64,000 nt of DNA from Candidatus Aminicenantes bacterium (GTDB taxonomy: Bacteria; Acidobacteriota; Aminicenantia; Aminicenantales; CAVYOD01), in contig OY969586.1 of the NCBI GenBank assembly GCA_963701305.1, forward strand, positions 1,865,509-1,929,508, given 5' to 3'. Positions 19,196 to 29,368 of the stretch are shown here, piece after piece. The position numbers and the translations under genes are program-made. Numbering within the stretch: position 1 is the first letter of the stretch; the number at the start of each line of letters is the position of its first letter. The notes below the pieces were generated by a model, which worked only from the letters and a program-made list of their open reading frames with translations, was not told the origin of the DNA and searched no databases.

Positions 19196-20959
19196 ATGGA
19201 CATCATCCGCCTCAGAGGGATCGGCGTTTCTCCCGGGATCGCCATGGGCGAAGTCCGGCTCTCCGCACGCGTCATCTTCACTGGAAGAAAGGAAACCATC
19301 TCCTCCCGCCGGGTTGATAACGAGCTGCGGCGGATGAAAAGGGCCATCGCCCGGACCAGGGCGGAGCTGGTCAAGATCAAAGGGGAGATCAAAAAGAAGA
19401 TGGGGGACGAACACGCCTTTATCTTCGACGCCCACCTTCTTATCCTTCAGGATAAATCCCTGCTGACGAGTCTGGAGAGGATCATTCGCGAAGACAGGGT
19501 GAAGACAGAGTGGGCTCTCTCTCAGATCAATAACAAGTATTTGAGGGTCTTCGAGGCGATCAACGATGAATATTTCAGGCAGAGGAAATCGGATATCTCC
19601 GACGTTCTGGCCAAGGTCTATCGAAATCTGGAGGCCGGGAAAAAGACCACAGAAACGGACGAAGCCGACAAGATATTAGTCGCCCATGAACTTCTGCCCT
19701 CTGAAGCGGCCTCCAGGCTCAGCCGGGGAACGATCCTGGGGGTGGCTATGGACATGGGCGGGCAGACGTCCCATACGGCGATCCTGGCGCGGTCCCTGAA
19801 CATTCCCGCCGTGGTCGGCCTCCACAACCTGACCCGGCTCGTCAAGAATGGGGACAATTTGATCGTGGACGGGACCGACGGTGAGGTCATCGTCAACCCT
19901 CCCCTGGCGGTGCGGAAGGAATTCGCAAGCAAGCGGGAGAAATACAACACCTACAGGAAGGACCTGCAAAAAACCTCCCGGCTGGCCTCGGCGACCCTGG
20001 ACGGCGAAAGATTCTTTCCGCTGGCCAACATCGAGCTGCCTGAGGAAGTGAATAACGCATTCTCCTTCGGGGCAGAGGGAATCGGTCTCTTCAGGTCTGA
20101 ATTTCTCTACCTCCGGGGTTCCCTCCTTCCCACTGAAGACGATCATTTTGCGGTCTATTCCAGGATCGCCAAGGAAGCCTATCCCGCTCCGGTGTACATT
20201 CGGACGATCGACATCGGGGGCGAAAAGGCCCTGCCCCAACTGAATATCGAGAAAGAGCCCAACCCTGCCCTGGGGCTGAGGGCGATCCGTTTTTCCCTCC
20301 GCAACAAGGATATGTTCATGACCCAACTCCGGGCTGTTTTGAGGGCCAGCGCCCTGGGCAACATGAGGGTCCTCATCCCCATGATCACGGAGCTCGAGGA
20401 GATTCTGGAAGTCAAACACCTTTTTGAGGAAGTGAAGGAGGGGCTCCGCGAACACAAGGTCAAATTTGATGAGCACATCCCGCTGGGTATCATGATCGAA
20501 GTTCCAGCCGCTGCCGCGGTCGCCGATATGCTCGCTGAGCATGTGGATTATCTTAGCATCGGGACGAACGACCTCATTCAATATTATTTGGCCGTAGACC
20601 GTTCCAATGAGTATGTCTCCTACCTCTATAAACCCCTCCACCCTTCGGTGCTCAGGCTCATCCGCTTCGTCATCAAGTCGGCCCTCAAGGCGGGTAAAGA
20701 TGTTACGGTCTGCGGAGAGATGGCGGCCGATCCTCTGTCGGCGCTTTTCTTGCTCGGCTTCGGGTTGAGAAAATTCAGCATGAACCCGATCTTCATTCCC
20801 AAATTCAAAAAGGCCCTCCGCTCTGTCGACTCGCGGACAGTGGAAAAGGTGATCCAGGGTGCCCTGAAATTGAAGACCGCTCAGGCGATCGAGGAATACG
20901 TTATTGAAGAGATCCTGGTGAAATACCCCGGTGTATTCCTGATGGGCCCCACGAGCTAA
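19196..20959 (+). CDS. ptsI: PTS enzyme I (phosphoenolpyruvate-protein phosphotransferase)
   Basis: 587 aa. Phosphohistidine motif GGQTSHTAILARSL. PEP-utilising C-terminal domain. Confidence 0.92.
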   Translation: MDIIRLRGIGVSPGIAMGEVRLSARVIFTGRKETISSRRVDNELRRMKRAIARTRAELVKIKGEIKKKMGDEHAFIFDAHLLILQDKSLLTSLERIIREDRVKTEWALSQINNKYLRVFEAINDEYFRQRKSDISDVLAKVYRNLEAGKKTTETDEADKILVAHELLPSEAASRLSRGTILGVAMDMGGQTSHTAILARSLNIPAVVGLHNLTRLVKNGDNLIVDGTDGEVIVNPPLAVRKEFASKREKYNTYRKDLQKTSRLASATLDGERFFPLANIELPEEVNNAFSFGAEGIGLFRSEFLYLRGSLLPTEDDHFAVYSRIAKEAYPAPVYIRTIDIGGEKALPQLNIEKEPNPALGLRAIRFSLRNKDMFMTQLRAVLRASALGNMRVLIPMITELEEILEVKHLFEEVKEGLREHKVKFDEHIPLGIMIEVPAAAAVADMLAEHVDYLSIGTNDLIQYYLAVDRSNEYVSYLYKPLHPSVLRLIRFVIKSALKAGKDVTVCGEMAADPLSALFLLGFGLRKFSMNPIFIPKFKKALRSVDSRTVEKVIQGALKLKTAQAIEEYVIEEILVKYPGVFLMGPTS

Positions 20960-20966
20960 TAATATA

Positions 20967-21060
20967 GTGTGAGGTAAGAGGTCAGGAGTAAGGGGCAAAA
21001 ATCAGAAAACCCCTTCCCCCTTACCGTTTACTCCTTACCACTTATAGCTGACTGCTCAGC
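20967..21060. repeat. Heptad-unit inverted-repeat element (copy C)
   Basis: Left arm gtgtgaggtaagaggtcaggagtaagggg. Right arm ccccttcccccttaccgtttactccttaccacttatagctgactgctcagc is its imperfect reverse complement. Lies between convergent ptsI and the cupin gene; likely hairpin-forming. Confidence 0.7.
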
Positions 21061-21064
21061 CTTG

Positions 21065-21448
21065 CTAGGTTCGCCCATAGAAATCTTGAATCCGGACGAT
21101 ATCGGATTCAGAGGATTTCCCGATCCAGATTTCCATCACCCGGCCGGGCTGTCGGCCGACGCAACGAAGCCGGTGGGGAGTCCGTTGGGGGACAAAGATC
21201 TCCTCATTCTTCCTCGGTCGCCAGATTCTTTCCCCCAGCGTCACTTCCAGGCCCCGGTCCAAGACGATCCAGTACTCGTGGCGATTGCGATGGTATTGCA
21301 GAGAAACCGCCCCTTTCGGGTTGACGGTGATAACCTTGATGCTGCAGACGTTGCTCCGAGGATAAGAACGGAATTTTCCCCAAGGCCTAATGTCTTCGAT
21401 GATGCTCCCCCGAAACCGACGCTCGGGTTCTTTTTTTCGGGCGGTCAT
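21065..21448 (-). CDS. Cupin-domain protein (mannose-6-phosphate isomerase type II C-terminal-like)
   Basis: Cupin motifs (…SLQYHRNRHEYWIVL…, …PHRLRCVG…). Start moved to the internal Met (MTARKK…) 16 bp after the ssb stop. The ORF-track N-terminal extension is a K/R/P-rich read-through of the ssb 3' end. Confidence 0.6.
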   Translation of the reverse strand: MTARKKEPERRFRGSIIEDIRPWGKFRSYPRSNVCSIKVITVNPKGAVSLQYHRNRHEYWIVLDRGLEVTLGERIWRPRKNEEIFVPQRTPHRLRCVGRQPGRVMEIWIGKSSESDIVRIQDFYGRT

Positions 21449-21464
21449 CCGCTGGCGTCCCTCC

Positions 21465-21926
21465 CTAGAACGGGACTTCGTCGTCGCCTCCGCCTTCTTC
21501 GGTCGCGGCGGGAGTTTCCTCCCCGCTCGGGAAATCCTGGGGCGGCGGCTCGGCGGTCGGGGCTTCATCGGTTCCTTCTTCGCGCCTGCCGAGCAGGACG
21601 ATGTTTTGAGCCTCCACTTCGGTCGTGGATCTCTTGTTGCCATCCCTGTCCTGCCAGCTCCGGGTTCGCAGTTTCCCTTCGAGATAAATCTGTTTTCCCT
21701 GGGTCAAGTACTTTTCGCAGAACTCGGCAAGTTTCCCCCACACGACGACGCGGTGCCACTCGGTCCGGTCCCTGCTCTCGTTGGTGTTCGGGTTGAACAG
21801 GCGCTCATTCGTGGCCAGTGTGAAGCGTGCGACGCGCCGTCCGTTCTGGGCCAGGTACCTGATTTCCGGCTTCGCGCCGAGGCGGCCGATCAATAAGACT
21901 TTGTTGAGGCTGTTGATATCTCTCAT
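21465..21926 (-). CDS. ssb: Single-stranded DNA-binding protein
   Basis: 153 aa. OB-fold N-terminus, Gly/Pro/Glu-rich linker and acidic C-terminal tip (…DDEVPF). Confidence 0.92.
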   Translation of the reverse strand: MRDINSLNKVLLIGRLGAKPEIRYLAQNGRRVARFTLATNERLFNPNTNESRDRTEWHRVVVWGKLAEFCEKYLTQGKQIYLEGKLRTRSWQDRDGNKRSTTEVEAQNIVLLGRREEGTDEAPTAEPPPQDFPSGEETPAATEEGGGDDEVPF

Positions 21927-22813
21927 TTTTCAGATTGAAGATCCTTGATTTTTTGTTGAGCGATCTTGGTCTCTTCCTCGAGGGGGTGTTTGCTGACGAG
22001 AAGTTTGAAGACGGCCAGGGCTTCTTCTTTTTTCCCCATCTCCATGAAGCTGATCCCCTTCTTGAGATAGGCCGCGGCGGTCTTGTCTCCGTTGGGGTAA
22101 TTGAGGATCAGCTCATTGAACTGGTCGATGGCCTCTTTGAATTTCTTCTGGCTGAAATAGCACTCTCCGATCCAGTAGAGGGAGTTGTCTGCCAGCGGGC
22201 TGTCGCGGAATTGCTGGATGTACTGCTTGAAACCTTCGATGGCCAGGGTGAAATTCCCCTTCAGATAATCCGAGTAGGCCATGCTATAAACTTCTTGGGG
22301 AGAAACAGAGGGAGGGGGAGGGGGTTGCGTTTTATCCTCAGCCGGCTTGCCTTTCTTTTCTCCCGGTTTAGGTTTTTCGGCCTTCTCGCCCTGCACCGGA
22401 GCTGCAACCGCTCCGGCTTTCAGAGTGATCAGATCCTCGGAGATCCTGATAAGCTGCTGGTTCATCTCCTCGAGTTTTTGTAGAAAGACCTGGTACTGGG
22501 TGGGGAGATTCCTCAGGTTTTCCTTAAAATTCGATTGTTCCGACTGAAAGAGTCGAAACTGTGCCTGGAGGTCCTTGATCTGAACAATGACCTGTTTCAG
22601 GTCTTCTGCGTTTCGAACGATCTTCGTTTCAACGTCCAGGAGCTTCTGCTTCAGGAGCTGGACATCTTCGTAGATGAGCTCGTAGGCCTTTTTGCTTTTG
22701 TCATCGCCCAGAGAGACTAGGGACATGAACAGAATGAGGAACACCCCAAGAAATTTTCTGGACACGGCTATTTTTCGATGATCGTGAACTGGGCTCTTCT
22801 GTTCCTGGCCCAA
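21923..22813 (-). CDS. cpoB: Tol-Pal system protein CpoB/YbgF (coiled-coil plus TPR)
   Basis: Signal peptide, long coiled coil, Pro/Lys-rich linker, C-terminal TPR repeats. Last gene of the tol-pal cluster. The start overlaps the pal 3' end and is uncertain. Confidence 0.75.
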   Translation of the reverse strand: MGQEQKSPVHDHRKIAVSRKFLGVFLILFMSLVSLGDDKSKKAYELIYEDVQLLKQKLLDVETKIVRNAEDLKQVIVQIKDLQAQFRLFQSEQSNFKENLRNLPTQYQVFLQKLEEMNQQLIRISEDLITLKAGAVAAPVQGEKAEKPKPGEKKGKPAEDKTQPPPPPSVSPQEVYSMAYSDYLKGNFTLAIEGFKQYIQQFRDSPLADNSLYWIGECYFSQKKFKEAIDQFNELILNYPNGDKTAAAYLKKGISFMEMGKKEEALAVFKLLVSKHPLEEETKIAQQKIKDLQSEK

Positions 22814-23316
22814 GCGGTCTCGCTATTGGCTGGGTCTAAGGGCTGGCTCTTCCCGTAGGAGATGATCTTCATCCTGTCCTGGGAAATCCCGAGAGAGACT
22901 AGATAATCAAGGGCGCTCTTGGCTCTTTTTTCGCCCAACGCCAAGTTGTATTCTTCCGTTCCCCTCTCATCGCAATGGCCCTCGATCAGCACCTTGACCA
23001 TCCGGAACTTTTTGAGCCAGGCCGCATCGCTCTCGAGGATAGACTTGGCATCGTCCCGGATAAAATACTTGTCGTAGTCAAAGTGGATCATCTGGAGAGG
23101 CTGTTCCTTGTTGATCTGTTCCAGCGACTTTGACATGAAGATCTCTTCTTCGGTCATCTGCGGTTTCTGGACGGGCGGCTCGACGACTTTTTCAACCTTG
23201 GGCTGTTCCTTGGCCTGGGGGGGAGGCGGCGGGACTTCCTTGGGTTTCGCCCGGCAGGAAATCAGAAAGGCAAAAACCAGAAAACAGGCTAACGAAAGAA
23301 TGAGCACTTTTTTCAT
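22768..23316 (-). CDS. pal: Peptidoglycan-associated lipoprotein Pal
   Basis: Lipoprotein signal (…FLISC) and OmpA-like C-terminal domain (NLALGEKRAKSALDYLVSLGI…). Confidence 0.9.
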   Translation of the reverse strand: MKKVLILSLACFLVFAFLISCRAKPKEVPPPPPQAKEQPKVEKVVEPPVQKPQMTEEEIFMSKSLEQINKEQPLQMIHFDYDKYFIRDDAKSILESDAAWLKKFRMVKVLIEGHCDERGTEEYNLALGEKRAKSALDYLVSLGISQDRMKIISYGKSQPLDPANSETAWARNRRAQFTIIEK

Positions 23317-23447
23317 CAGACCTCCTCTTCGGTGGTTTGTTGACTTACCATTGTTGAGGCAAGTGTATTTTGTTAACTGTCATTTTTATACAATTAAAGA
23401 ATTTTGATGTCAATAGATATTGCTGGGTCCGGGCCTCCCAGCCCGGC

Positions 23448-24743
23448 TCATCTGGACCAGTCGGGAAGTTTGTTCGTTCCTTTGGACGTCAGGGGCCGCA
23501 AATTTGTCCCATCGTAGTCGACGCAATAAACCTGGACTTTGCCGGCGAGACTGGAAGCGAAAACCAGGTGGCGGCCGTCCGGAGACCAGGAGGGAGATTC
23601 ATTCCGGGCGTTGCTCTCGGTGAGCTTGGTTATTTGATTGGTCCTCAGGTTCAGGATGTAGAGGTCGAAGGCCTGGTCCACCCGAGAGACGTAGGCGATC
23701 CGGTCGCCGGCCGGAGACCAGACCGGCGAATCATGGTAGGTCCCGCCGAAGCTCACACGGCGGACGTTTGACCCCTCCGCGTCCATGATATAGATCTGAG
23801 GCGCTCCGCTTCCGCCCCGGTCCGAAGTGAAGACGATCTCGCGGCCGGTTGGGGACCAGGAGGGAGAGGTATCGATGGCCTCGGTGAAGGTCAGTCTTTT
23901 GACATTTGAGATCTTTGTCCCGTCGACATCAGCCGCGTAGACTTCCGCGTTGCCGTCCATGGTCGAGCAGAAAGCGATCCTCTTCCCGTCGGGTGACCAG
24001 GAGGGCGCGTAGCTCGTTCCCCGAGAGACAATCGCGTTGATCTTGCCCTCGTAGATGCTCAGGATATACAGATCGGCGTTCCCCCGGCGATAGGAAGTGA
24101 ACGCAATCCTTTTCCCGTCCGGTGACCAGGAGGGCATGTAGTCAATGGTCTTGTTGAAGGTGAGACGGGTTTGGTTCTGGCCGTCGTAGTCCATTATGTA
24201 GAGCTGGTCATTTCCGTCGCGGTCGGAGACAAAGGCGATCTTGGAGCTGAAGATCGGTCGTTCGCCATAGACCTTCATGATCTCGTCGGCCATTTTGTGG
24301 GCCGCCAGGCGGAGCACGTTTTTTTCCGATTGGTAGCGCTTGCCGACAATAAACCGTTCGGAGCGGACATCGTAGAGCTTGCCTTCAAAAACGAACTCAG
24401 TTTTTCCGGCCGAGGAGACTTCGCCCACGAGCAGGAGCTTGGCCTGGATGGAGTCCCAGTCCTTAAAAAAAATCTTGTCCGGGTCGAGGGGCCGGATATA
24501 GCTGAAGTAGCTGCTGGGCAGGAGCTGGAAGATCCGGCTGAACTTCAGGTCGGCGTAGAGCGCCTGGTACAAATCCTCTGCGGCCGCTCCGGCCTGTGGC
24601 GAGTGGGTGATAAATTTTGGGATGGCGAAGGGAATGGCCGGCATGCCTTCGCTGATCTTGATCACCACCTCCTGCTGGGGGAAGACGACGAAGGCGGTCA
24701 GCCATAAAGAAAAGGCGGTCAGGATGATTCTTCTAAACTTCAT
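23448..24743 (-). CDS. tolB: Tol-Pal system beta-propeller protein TolB
   Basis: 431 aa. N-terminal TolB domain plus PD40/WD40-like repeats ([11 protein letters not shown] repeated). Confidence 0.92.
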   Translation of the reverse strand: MKFRRIILTAFSLWLTAFVVFPQQEVVIKISEGMPAIPFAIPKFITHSPQAGAAAEDLYQALYADLKFSRIFQLLPSSYFSYIRPLDPDKIFFKDWDSIQAKLLLVGEVSSAGKTEFVFEGKLYDVRSERFIVGKRYQSEKNVLRLAAHKMADEIMKVYGERPIFSSKIAFVSDRDGNDQLYIMDYDGQNQTRLTFNKTIDYMPSWSPDGKRIAFTSYRRGNADLYILSIYEGKINAIVSRGTSYAPSWSPDGKRIAFCSTMDGNAEVYAADVDGTKISNVKRLTFTEAIDTSPSWSPTGREIVFTSDRGGSGAPQIYIMDAEGSNVRRVSFGGTYHDSPVWSPAGDRIAYVSRVDQAFDLYILNLRTNQITKLTESNARNESPSWSPDGRHLVFASSLAGKVQVYCVDYDGTNLRPLTSKGTNKLPDWSR

Positions 24744-25561
24744 TTGGAATGCTCGAAGATGAGATGGATTCCGAGAAACTCGTCTTCATACTCTTTGGGC
24801 AGGGGTGGAAAGGGCGAAGCGTTTTGAATGGCCCTCAGGGCCGACATGTCTAGGGATTGGATGCCGCTCGTCTCCTCGACCTTGAGGTCGGAGATACCCC
24901 CGCTCCTGAGGATCCTAAAAAACACGGTGGTCTGGAAATTTCCGGAGATTCCGGGAGCGACGAGGGAGGTGAACCAGGACGCCGAGACTCTGTCCATGAT
25001 AATCTGGAGGTAATACTGGAAGGGAAAATTGGAGAGGCCGATCTGGTCGGCGAGGCCCGACCCCGAGCCGCCGGGGCCGCTCCCCAGGCCTCCGATCTTG
25101 AGCCCCGTTCCGGAGTCCGGGCCCTGGCCGGCGTCCGCTGCGTCCTTGTCCGATGGTTTTTGGATTTTGGTATCGGGGAGATTCGCCGGCGGCTTGGTGA
25201 TGGCCGCTTTCTTGGTCTGTTTTGTTTTGTCCTCTTTTTTGGGCTTCTCCACCGGATGCCTCAAGCTGGATTTCGGCTCCGGTTGCAGCTTCAGGGGCAC
25301 CGTGAGATCCTTCAGGGTTTCCTTTTTTTGGGGGGGAGGAACTTCAGCCTTTTTCCCTCCCCGGCCGCCTCCGCCGCCCGCCCCGTCTCCACCGGGCAAC
25401 GACCCGAGGTTGAAAGTCACATAGTGAATCATCCCTTTCTTGGAGGACTTGGGCAGGGAGGGAGCTGCAGCAATCAGAATGATCAGTCCGATGTGCACGG
25501 CGATCGAGGCCAGGAGCGCGCTCTGGAATGTCTTTTGGCCCCGGTCGATGGCGATGGTCAT
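24740..25561 (-). CDS. tolA: TolA (TonB_C-family energy transducer)
   Basis: N-terminal TM anchor, Pro/Lys/Gly-rich spacer, C-terminal TonB/TolA domain. Position between tolR and tolB. Confidence 0.75.
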   Translation of the reverse strand: MTIAIDRGQKTFQSALLASIAVHIGLIILIAAAPSLPKSSKKGMIHYVTFNLGSLPGGDGAGGGGGRGGKKAEVPPPQKKETLKDLTVPLKLQPEPKSSLRHPVEKPKKEDKTKQTKKAAITKPPANLPDTKIQKPSDKDAADAGQGPDSGTGLKIGGLGSGPGGSGSGLADQIGLSNFPFQYYLQIIMDRVSASWFTSLVAPGISGNFQTTVFFRILRSGGISDLKVEETSGIQSLDMSALRAIQNASPFPPLPKEYEDEFLGIHLIFEHSK

Positions 25562-25998
25562 TCGATCTTCTTTTTCTCTTTGGGCTCGGTGACCAGGCCG
25601 ATCACTTCGATCCCAACCCTCTTGGTGATATCGAGAATGTCCACGACGAAGCCATAGGGAAGGTCCTTGTCTGCTTGAAGGTAGATAACCTTCTTTGACT
25701 TTCCATAGAAGTATTCTTGCAGCTTTCTCTCGAGGAGCATGATATTGATGACGGTTTGCCCCACGTGGATGTAGCGATCTTTGGTGATGGTCAGGGTCAG
25801 ACCTTCCTCAGCCGGAGCCGACTCCGTTTCGGCCTGAGGCAGGTTGACGCCTATCCCGGAGGTCATCATCGGTGTCGTGACCATGAAGATGATCAGGAGG
25901 ACGAGGACGACATCGACAAAGGGAGTGACGTTGATTTCGGAAAGGGAAGTGCCGATCTGGCGTTTGGAGCCCGAAGCTGACCCGACCTTAAGAGCCAT
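25558..25998 (-). CDS. tolR: TolR (ExbD/TolR family)
   Basis: 146 aa. Single TM (VVLVLLIIFMV) with ExbD/TolR periplasmic domain. Confidence 0.85.
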   Translation of the reverse strand: MALKVGSASGSKRQIGTSLSEINVTPFVDVVLVLLIIFMVTTPMMTSGIGVNLPQAETESAPAEEGLTLTITKDRYIHVGQTVINIMLLERKLQEYFYGKSKKVIYLQADKDLPYGFVVDILDITKRVGIEVIGLVTEPKEKKKIE

Positions 25999-26650
25999 AA
26001 AGACGCCCTGTAATGTTGAGAAATTCCAGGGAGAAGTTCTCCATTTCGGTGATCACGCCTTTGATCCGCTGGAGAAAAAGATTGTAGGCGATAACCGCCG
26101 GGATCGCGCAAACAAGGCCGACGGCCGTGGTCACGAGGGCCTCGGCAATCCCCGGAGCCACGGTGGCCAGGCTGGCTGAGCGTACGACCCCGATCCTGAT
26201 AAATGCATCCATGATTCCCCAGACCGTGCCGAAAAGACCGATGAAAGGAGTCACGTTTCCAGTCGTGGCCAGAAAGCTCATCATTTTTTCGAGCTTGGCC
26301 ACCTCCGAGTTCGAGGCCCTGAGGAGCGCCCGGTTTAGGTTGTCCATTTTGTCCGGGCTGAGCTCGGGCTTCGGGTTGGACTTGGCCAGATAAGCCAATT
26401 CCTTGAACCCCGATTGGAAGAGGGACGCCAGAGGACTGGACTGATATTTGCGGGCCGCCTCGTTGACGTCGGAGAGATTGGTGCTTTTGCGAAAAACGGT
26501 CAGAAACTTCCGGGACTGAGCTTCAGCCGTCTTGAGTGTTTTCCGCTTGAAAAAAACGATCGTCCAAGAAAAGATTGAAAAGAAGATAAGAACTAAAAGA
26601 ACCAGCTGCACAACGGGGCTGGCGCCGGCAATCAAATCCAGAAAATTCAT
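25988..26650 (-). CDS. tolQ: TolQ (MotA/TolQ/ExbB proton channel)
   Basis: 220 aa. Three TM segments with a conserved C-terminal MotA/TolQ/ExbB region. Confidence 0.88.
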   Translation of the reverse strand: MNFLDLIAGASPVVQLVLLVLIFFSIFSWTIVFFKRKTLKTAEAQSRKFLTVFRKSTNLSDVNEAARKYQSSPLASLFQSGFKELAYLAKSNPKPELSPDKMDNLNRALLRASNSEVAKLEKMMSFLATTGNVTPFIGLFGTVWGIMDAFIRIGVVRSASLATVAPGIAEALVTTAVGLVCAIPAVIAYNLFLQRIKGVITEMENFSLEFLNITGRLYGS

Positions 26651-26695
26651 CTTATTTCACCCAAAAAGTAGCACATGGAACAGACAAAGTCAAAC

Positions 26696-26783
26696 CCGAG
26701 TACGTGAGCGGTGAGCAGTGAGCGGTGAGATGTTCAAATCAAAAAACGGAATGGTTCACTGCTCAGTGATCACATCTCACTGC
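26696..26783. repeat. GTGAGCR heptad inverted-repeat element (copy D)
   Basis: Left arm cgtgagcggtgagcagtgagcggtgagatg. 25-nt spacer. Right arm actgctcagtgatcacatctcactgctcactgg (reverse-complementary). Lies between the helicase stop and the tolQ start on the - strand, so it sits in a transcribed 3'/5' region. Confidence 0.75.
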
Positions 26784-29177
26784 TCACTGGAGGAGGGCTT
26801 TGAGGATTTCCCTGGCGACCTGCTTGGCCTGCTCGCCGCTCTCCTTCGTCGGCCCGACGCAGGAGGGGCATCCTTCCTGGCAGGGGCAGATTTCGATCGT
26901 CTTCAGACAGTGTTCGAGGAGGGCCGTCTCTAGCTCAAAGAGTGAAGGGCTCAACCCGATTCCGCCGGGATAGTTATCGTAGATAAAAATATTGGGCTCA
27001 AAATCGGCGTCGGCGAAGATGGGCTGCTCTTCCTGGCGCAGGATCTTGAGGGGAATGGTCCTGGGAGGAACGGATTCGCCGGTGGAATTGTCTCCGATGG
27101 AGGCTCCGACGTCGTGGAGATCACACATCATGAACAATGGCGAGACGTGATGGAGAAGGTAGGCCAGCCCGAAAAGCCCGTTGATCTTCTGTTCCGAAAG
27201 GAAGGGCAAAACCTGGATGATGGAGGCGGGAATGGTCAGCCAGTAGGCCGTGGTGTGCATCTCATTCTGGGGTAGACTCAGGTCTCCGGCTCCGACGTTT
27301 TCCATGGTTTGGAATTTGATCTTCTTGAAGCCGACCACTTGAGTGGCGACATGGACCTCTCCGTGGGAGACAGTGCAGCCGTCAAGCGCTTTTTTGTTGA
27401 AGACATCGAGGATCTTGATCTTGGTATAGTCGATGGCATCGGTGAAATAGTCAACATCGGTCTTTTTGACATAGGCCTTGCGCTGGTCATACTCGAGCTT
27501 CTCGACGAAGTACTGTTCACCTTCGCAGATGTAAATGGCTTTGGGATGAAGGGTTGTCAGGGCCGAGGAGAAGTCGACCTCGGCGATGGCTTTGGATTTT
27601 TGGGTGGTATCGACGACGACGAAGTTGTCGGAGCTGATGCTGCGCAGACTGACGCCGTCGGCCGGATAGACATCGGACGTCCAGAACCATTTGTCCTGGG
27701 AGTGGTGAACGAGCTTCTCTTCCTCCAAGAATTTCAGAATCTCAGAGGGTTCGCCCTCGCCGAATTTTTCGCCGTCCGTGAAGGGGAGCTCGAACGCGGC
27801 GCACTCGATGTGGCTGATGAGGATGGAGAGGTTGTCGGGGTTGATGAGCGCCCGCTCCGGCGGTTTCGAAAAGAAGTAATCGGGGTGGTTGACGATGAAT
27901 TGATCGAGCGGGGAGCTCGAGGCCACGAGCACGGCCGCGGATATTCCGGTCTTGCGGCCCGCCCGCCCGGCCCGCTGCCAGGTGCTGGCGATCGTTCCGG
28001 GATAGCCGGCCAGCACGGCCACGTCCAGGCTTCCGATGTCGATCCCGAGCTCCAGGGCGTTGGTCGAGACGACTCCGAGGATCTTGCCCTCGCGCAGGCC
28101 CTTCTCGATCTCCCGCCTGGTGAGGGGAAGATAGCCTCCCCTGTAGCCTCTGATCAGTCCCTCGTCCTTGATCGTCTTTTCGATGTCTCCCTTGAGGTAG
28201 GTGAGCAGGACCTCGGTGATCAGCCGGCTCTGGGCGAAGATGATCGTCTGGAGACGATTCTTGAGGAAGATCGAGGCCAGGCGGCGTGATTCATTGACAT
28301 AGGACCGCCGGATCCCCAACGGTTTGTTGACCACGGGCGGCGTATAAAAGATGAAATACTTTTCCCCCCGCGGCGCTCCGTTGTCGTCGACCAAGGCGAC
28401 CGGCCGCTCGATCATTTTTTCGGCCATCTCGACCGGATTGGCGATCGTCGCCGTACAGAGGATGACCTGGGGGTTAGAGCCGTAGAACTGGGCGATCCTC
28501 TTCAGCCGCCGAAGGACGTTGGCCAGATGACTGCCGAAGATCCCTCGGTAATTGTGGAGCTCATCGATAACGATATATCTCAAATTCTCGAAGAGCTTGA
28601 TCCATTTGGTGTGGTGGGGAAGAATGCCCGAGTGGAGCATATCCGGGTTGGTCAGGACGATGTGACCCCTGGCCCGGATGGCCTTGCGCGCATCCTGGGG
28701 TGTGTCTCCGTCATAGGTGAAGATACGGATCTCTTCGGGGAGGAAATGGATGATCTCGTTGAGCTCGGCCTGCTGGTCCTGGGAAAGCGCTTTGGTCGGG
28801 AAAAGATAGAGGGCTCGGGCGGAGGGGTTCTTGAGAATCGTGTCGAGAACGGGAAGGTTGTAACAGAGCGTTTTTCCCGAAGCGGTCGGCGTGACGACAA
28901 CAATGTTCTTCCCCTCTCGAATGGCCTGCCAAGAGGTCAGTTGGTGGGAATAGAGCCGCTCGAAGCCTTTCTGCCTCAGGGCCTCGAGGAGGGCGGGGTG
29001 AACACCGTCCGGGTAATCCTGAAACCGGCCTGCCTGGGCCGGCAGGTGTTTGATCGCCTTGATGGAATCGGACTTGTGGCCGATTTCCCTCAGGATTTCC
29101 AGGGATTTGAGGAGGTTTTCTTCTCTGGGCATGCCCGTCTCTCTAACCTCGGTCCATGCTATCCTATAAAGCGCCAA
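26784..29177 (-). CDS. DEAD/DEAH-box helicase with C-terminal DUF1998 zinc module (YprA/MrfA family)
   Basis: 797 aa. Helicase motifs I (TPTASGKT), II (DELH), VI (QRAGRAGR) and a C-terminal Cys cluster (CPCQEGCPSC). Confidence 0.85.
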   Translation of the reverse strand: MALYRIAWTEVRETGMPREENLLKSLEILREIGHKSDSIKAIKHLPAQAGRFQDYPDGVHPALLEALRQKGFERLYSHQLTSWQAIREGKNIVVVTPTASGKTLCYNLPVLDTILKNPSARALYLFPTKALSQDQQAELNEIIHFLPEEIRIFTYDGDTPQDARKAIRARGHIVLTNPDMLHSGILPHHTKWIKLFENLRYIVIDELHNYRGIFGSHLANVLRRLKRIAQFYGSNPQVILCTATIANPVEMAEKMIERPVALVDDNGAPRGEKYFIFYTPPVVNKPLGIRRSYVNESRRLASIFLKNRLQTIIFAQSRLITEVLLTYLKGDIEKTIKDEGLIRGYRGGYLPLTRREIEKGLREGKILGVVSTNALELGIDIGSLDVAVLAGYPGTIASTWQRAGRAGRKTGISAAVLVASSSPLDQFIVNHPDYFFSKPPERALINPDNLSILISHIECAAFELPFTDGEKFGEGEPSEILKFLEEEKLVHHSQDKWFWTSDVYPADGVSLRSISSDNFVVVDTTQKSKAIAEVDFSSALTTLHPKAIYICEGEQYFVEKLEYDQRKAYVKKTDVDYFTDAIDYTKIKILDVFNKKALDGCTVSHGEVHVATQVVGFKKIKFQTMENVGAGDLSLPQNEMHTTAYWLTIPASIIQVLPFLSEQKINGLFGLAYLLHHVSPLFMMCDLHDVGASIGDNSTGESVPPRTIPLKILRQEEQPIFADADFEPNIFIYDNYPGGIGLSPSLFELETALLEHCLKTIEICPCQEGCPSCVGPTKESGEQAKQVAREILKALLQ

Positions 29178-29368
29178 TGGTCAACTTTCTCGCTCATCGC
29201 CCATGGTTTATAGCTCATGGCCTTCCATCAAGTGTTTTAATCTAAATCCTGGGTATCATATTGAATGTGTTCCTTGGCTAGGGGCCGTGAGCTCAAGATC
29301 CTAGTAATCCCATAAAAATGCTATACTTAAGGCTTGTCACGAGGAAACCGAAGCGCTAGAATAGGAGC

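Noticed and set aside
21449-21643. N-terminal 65-aa K/R/P-rich extension of the cupin ORF
   Set aside because: It overlaps the 3' end of ssb in another frame. An internal Met 16 bp after the ssb stop gives a normal 128-aa cupin.
29178-29368. LexA/SOS box in the helicase–uvrA divergent region
   Set aside because: Only a weak CCATG-N10-CATGG dyad was seen. No match to CTGT-N8-ACAG or CGAACRNRYGTTYC. Not called.
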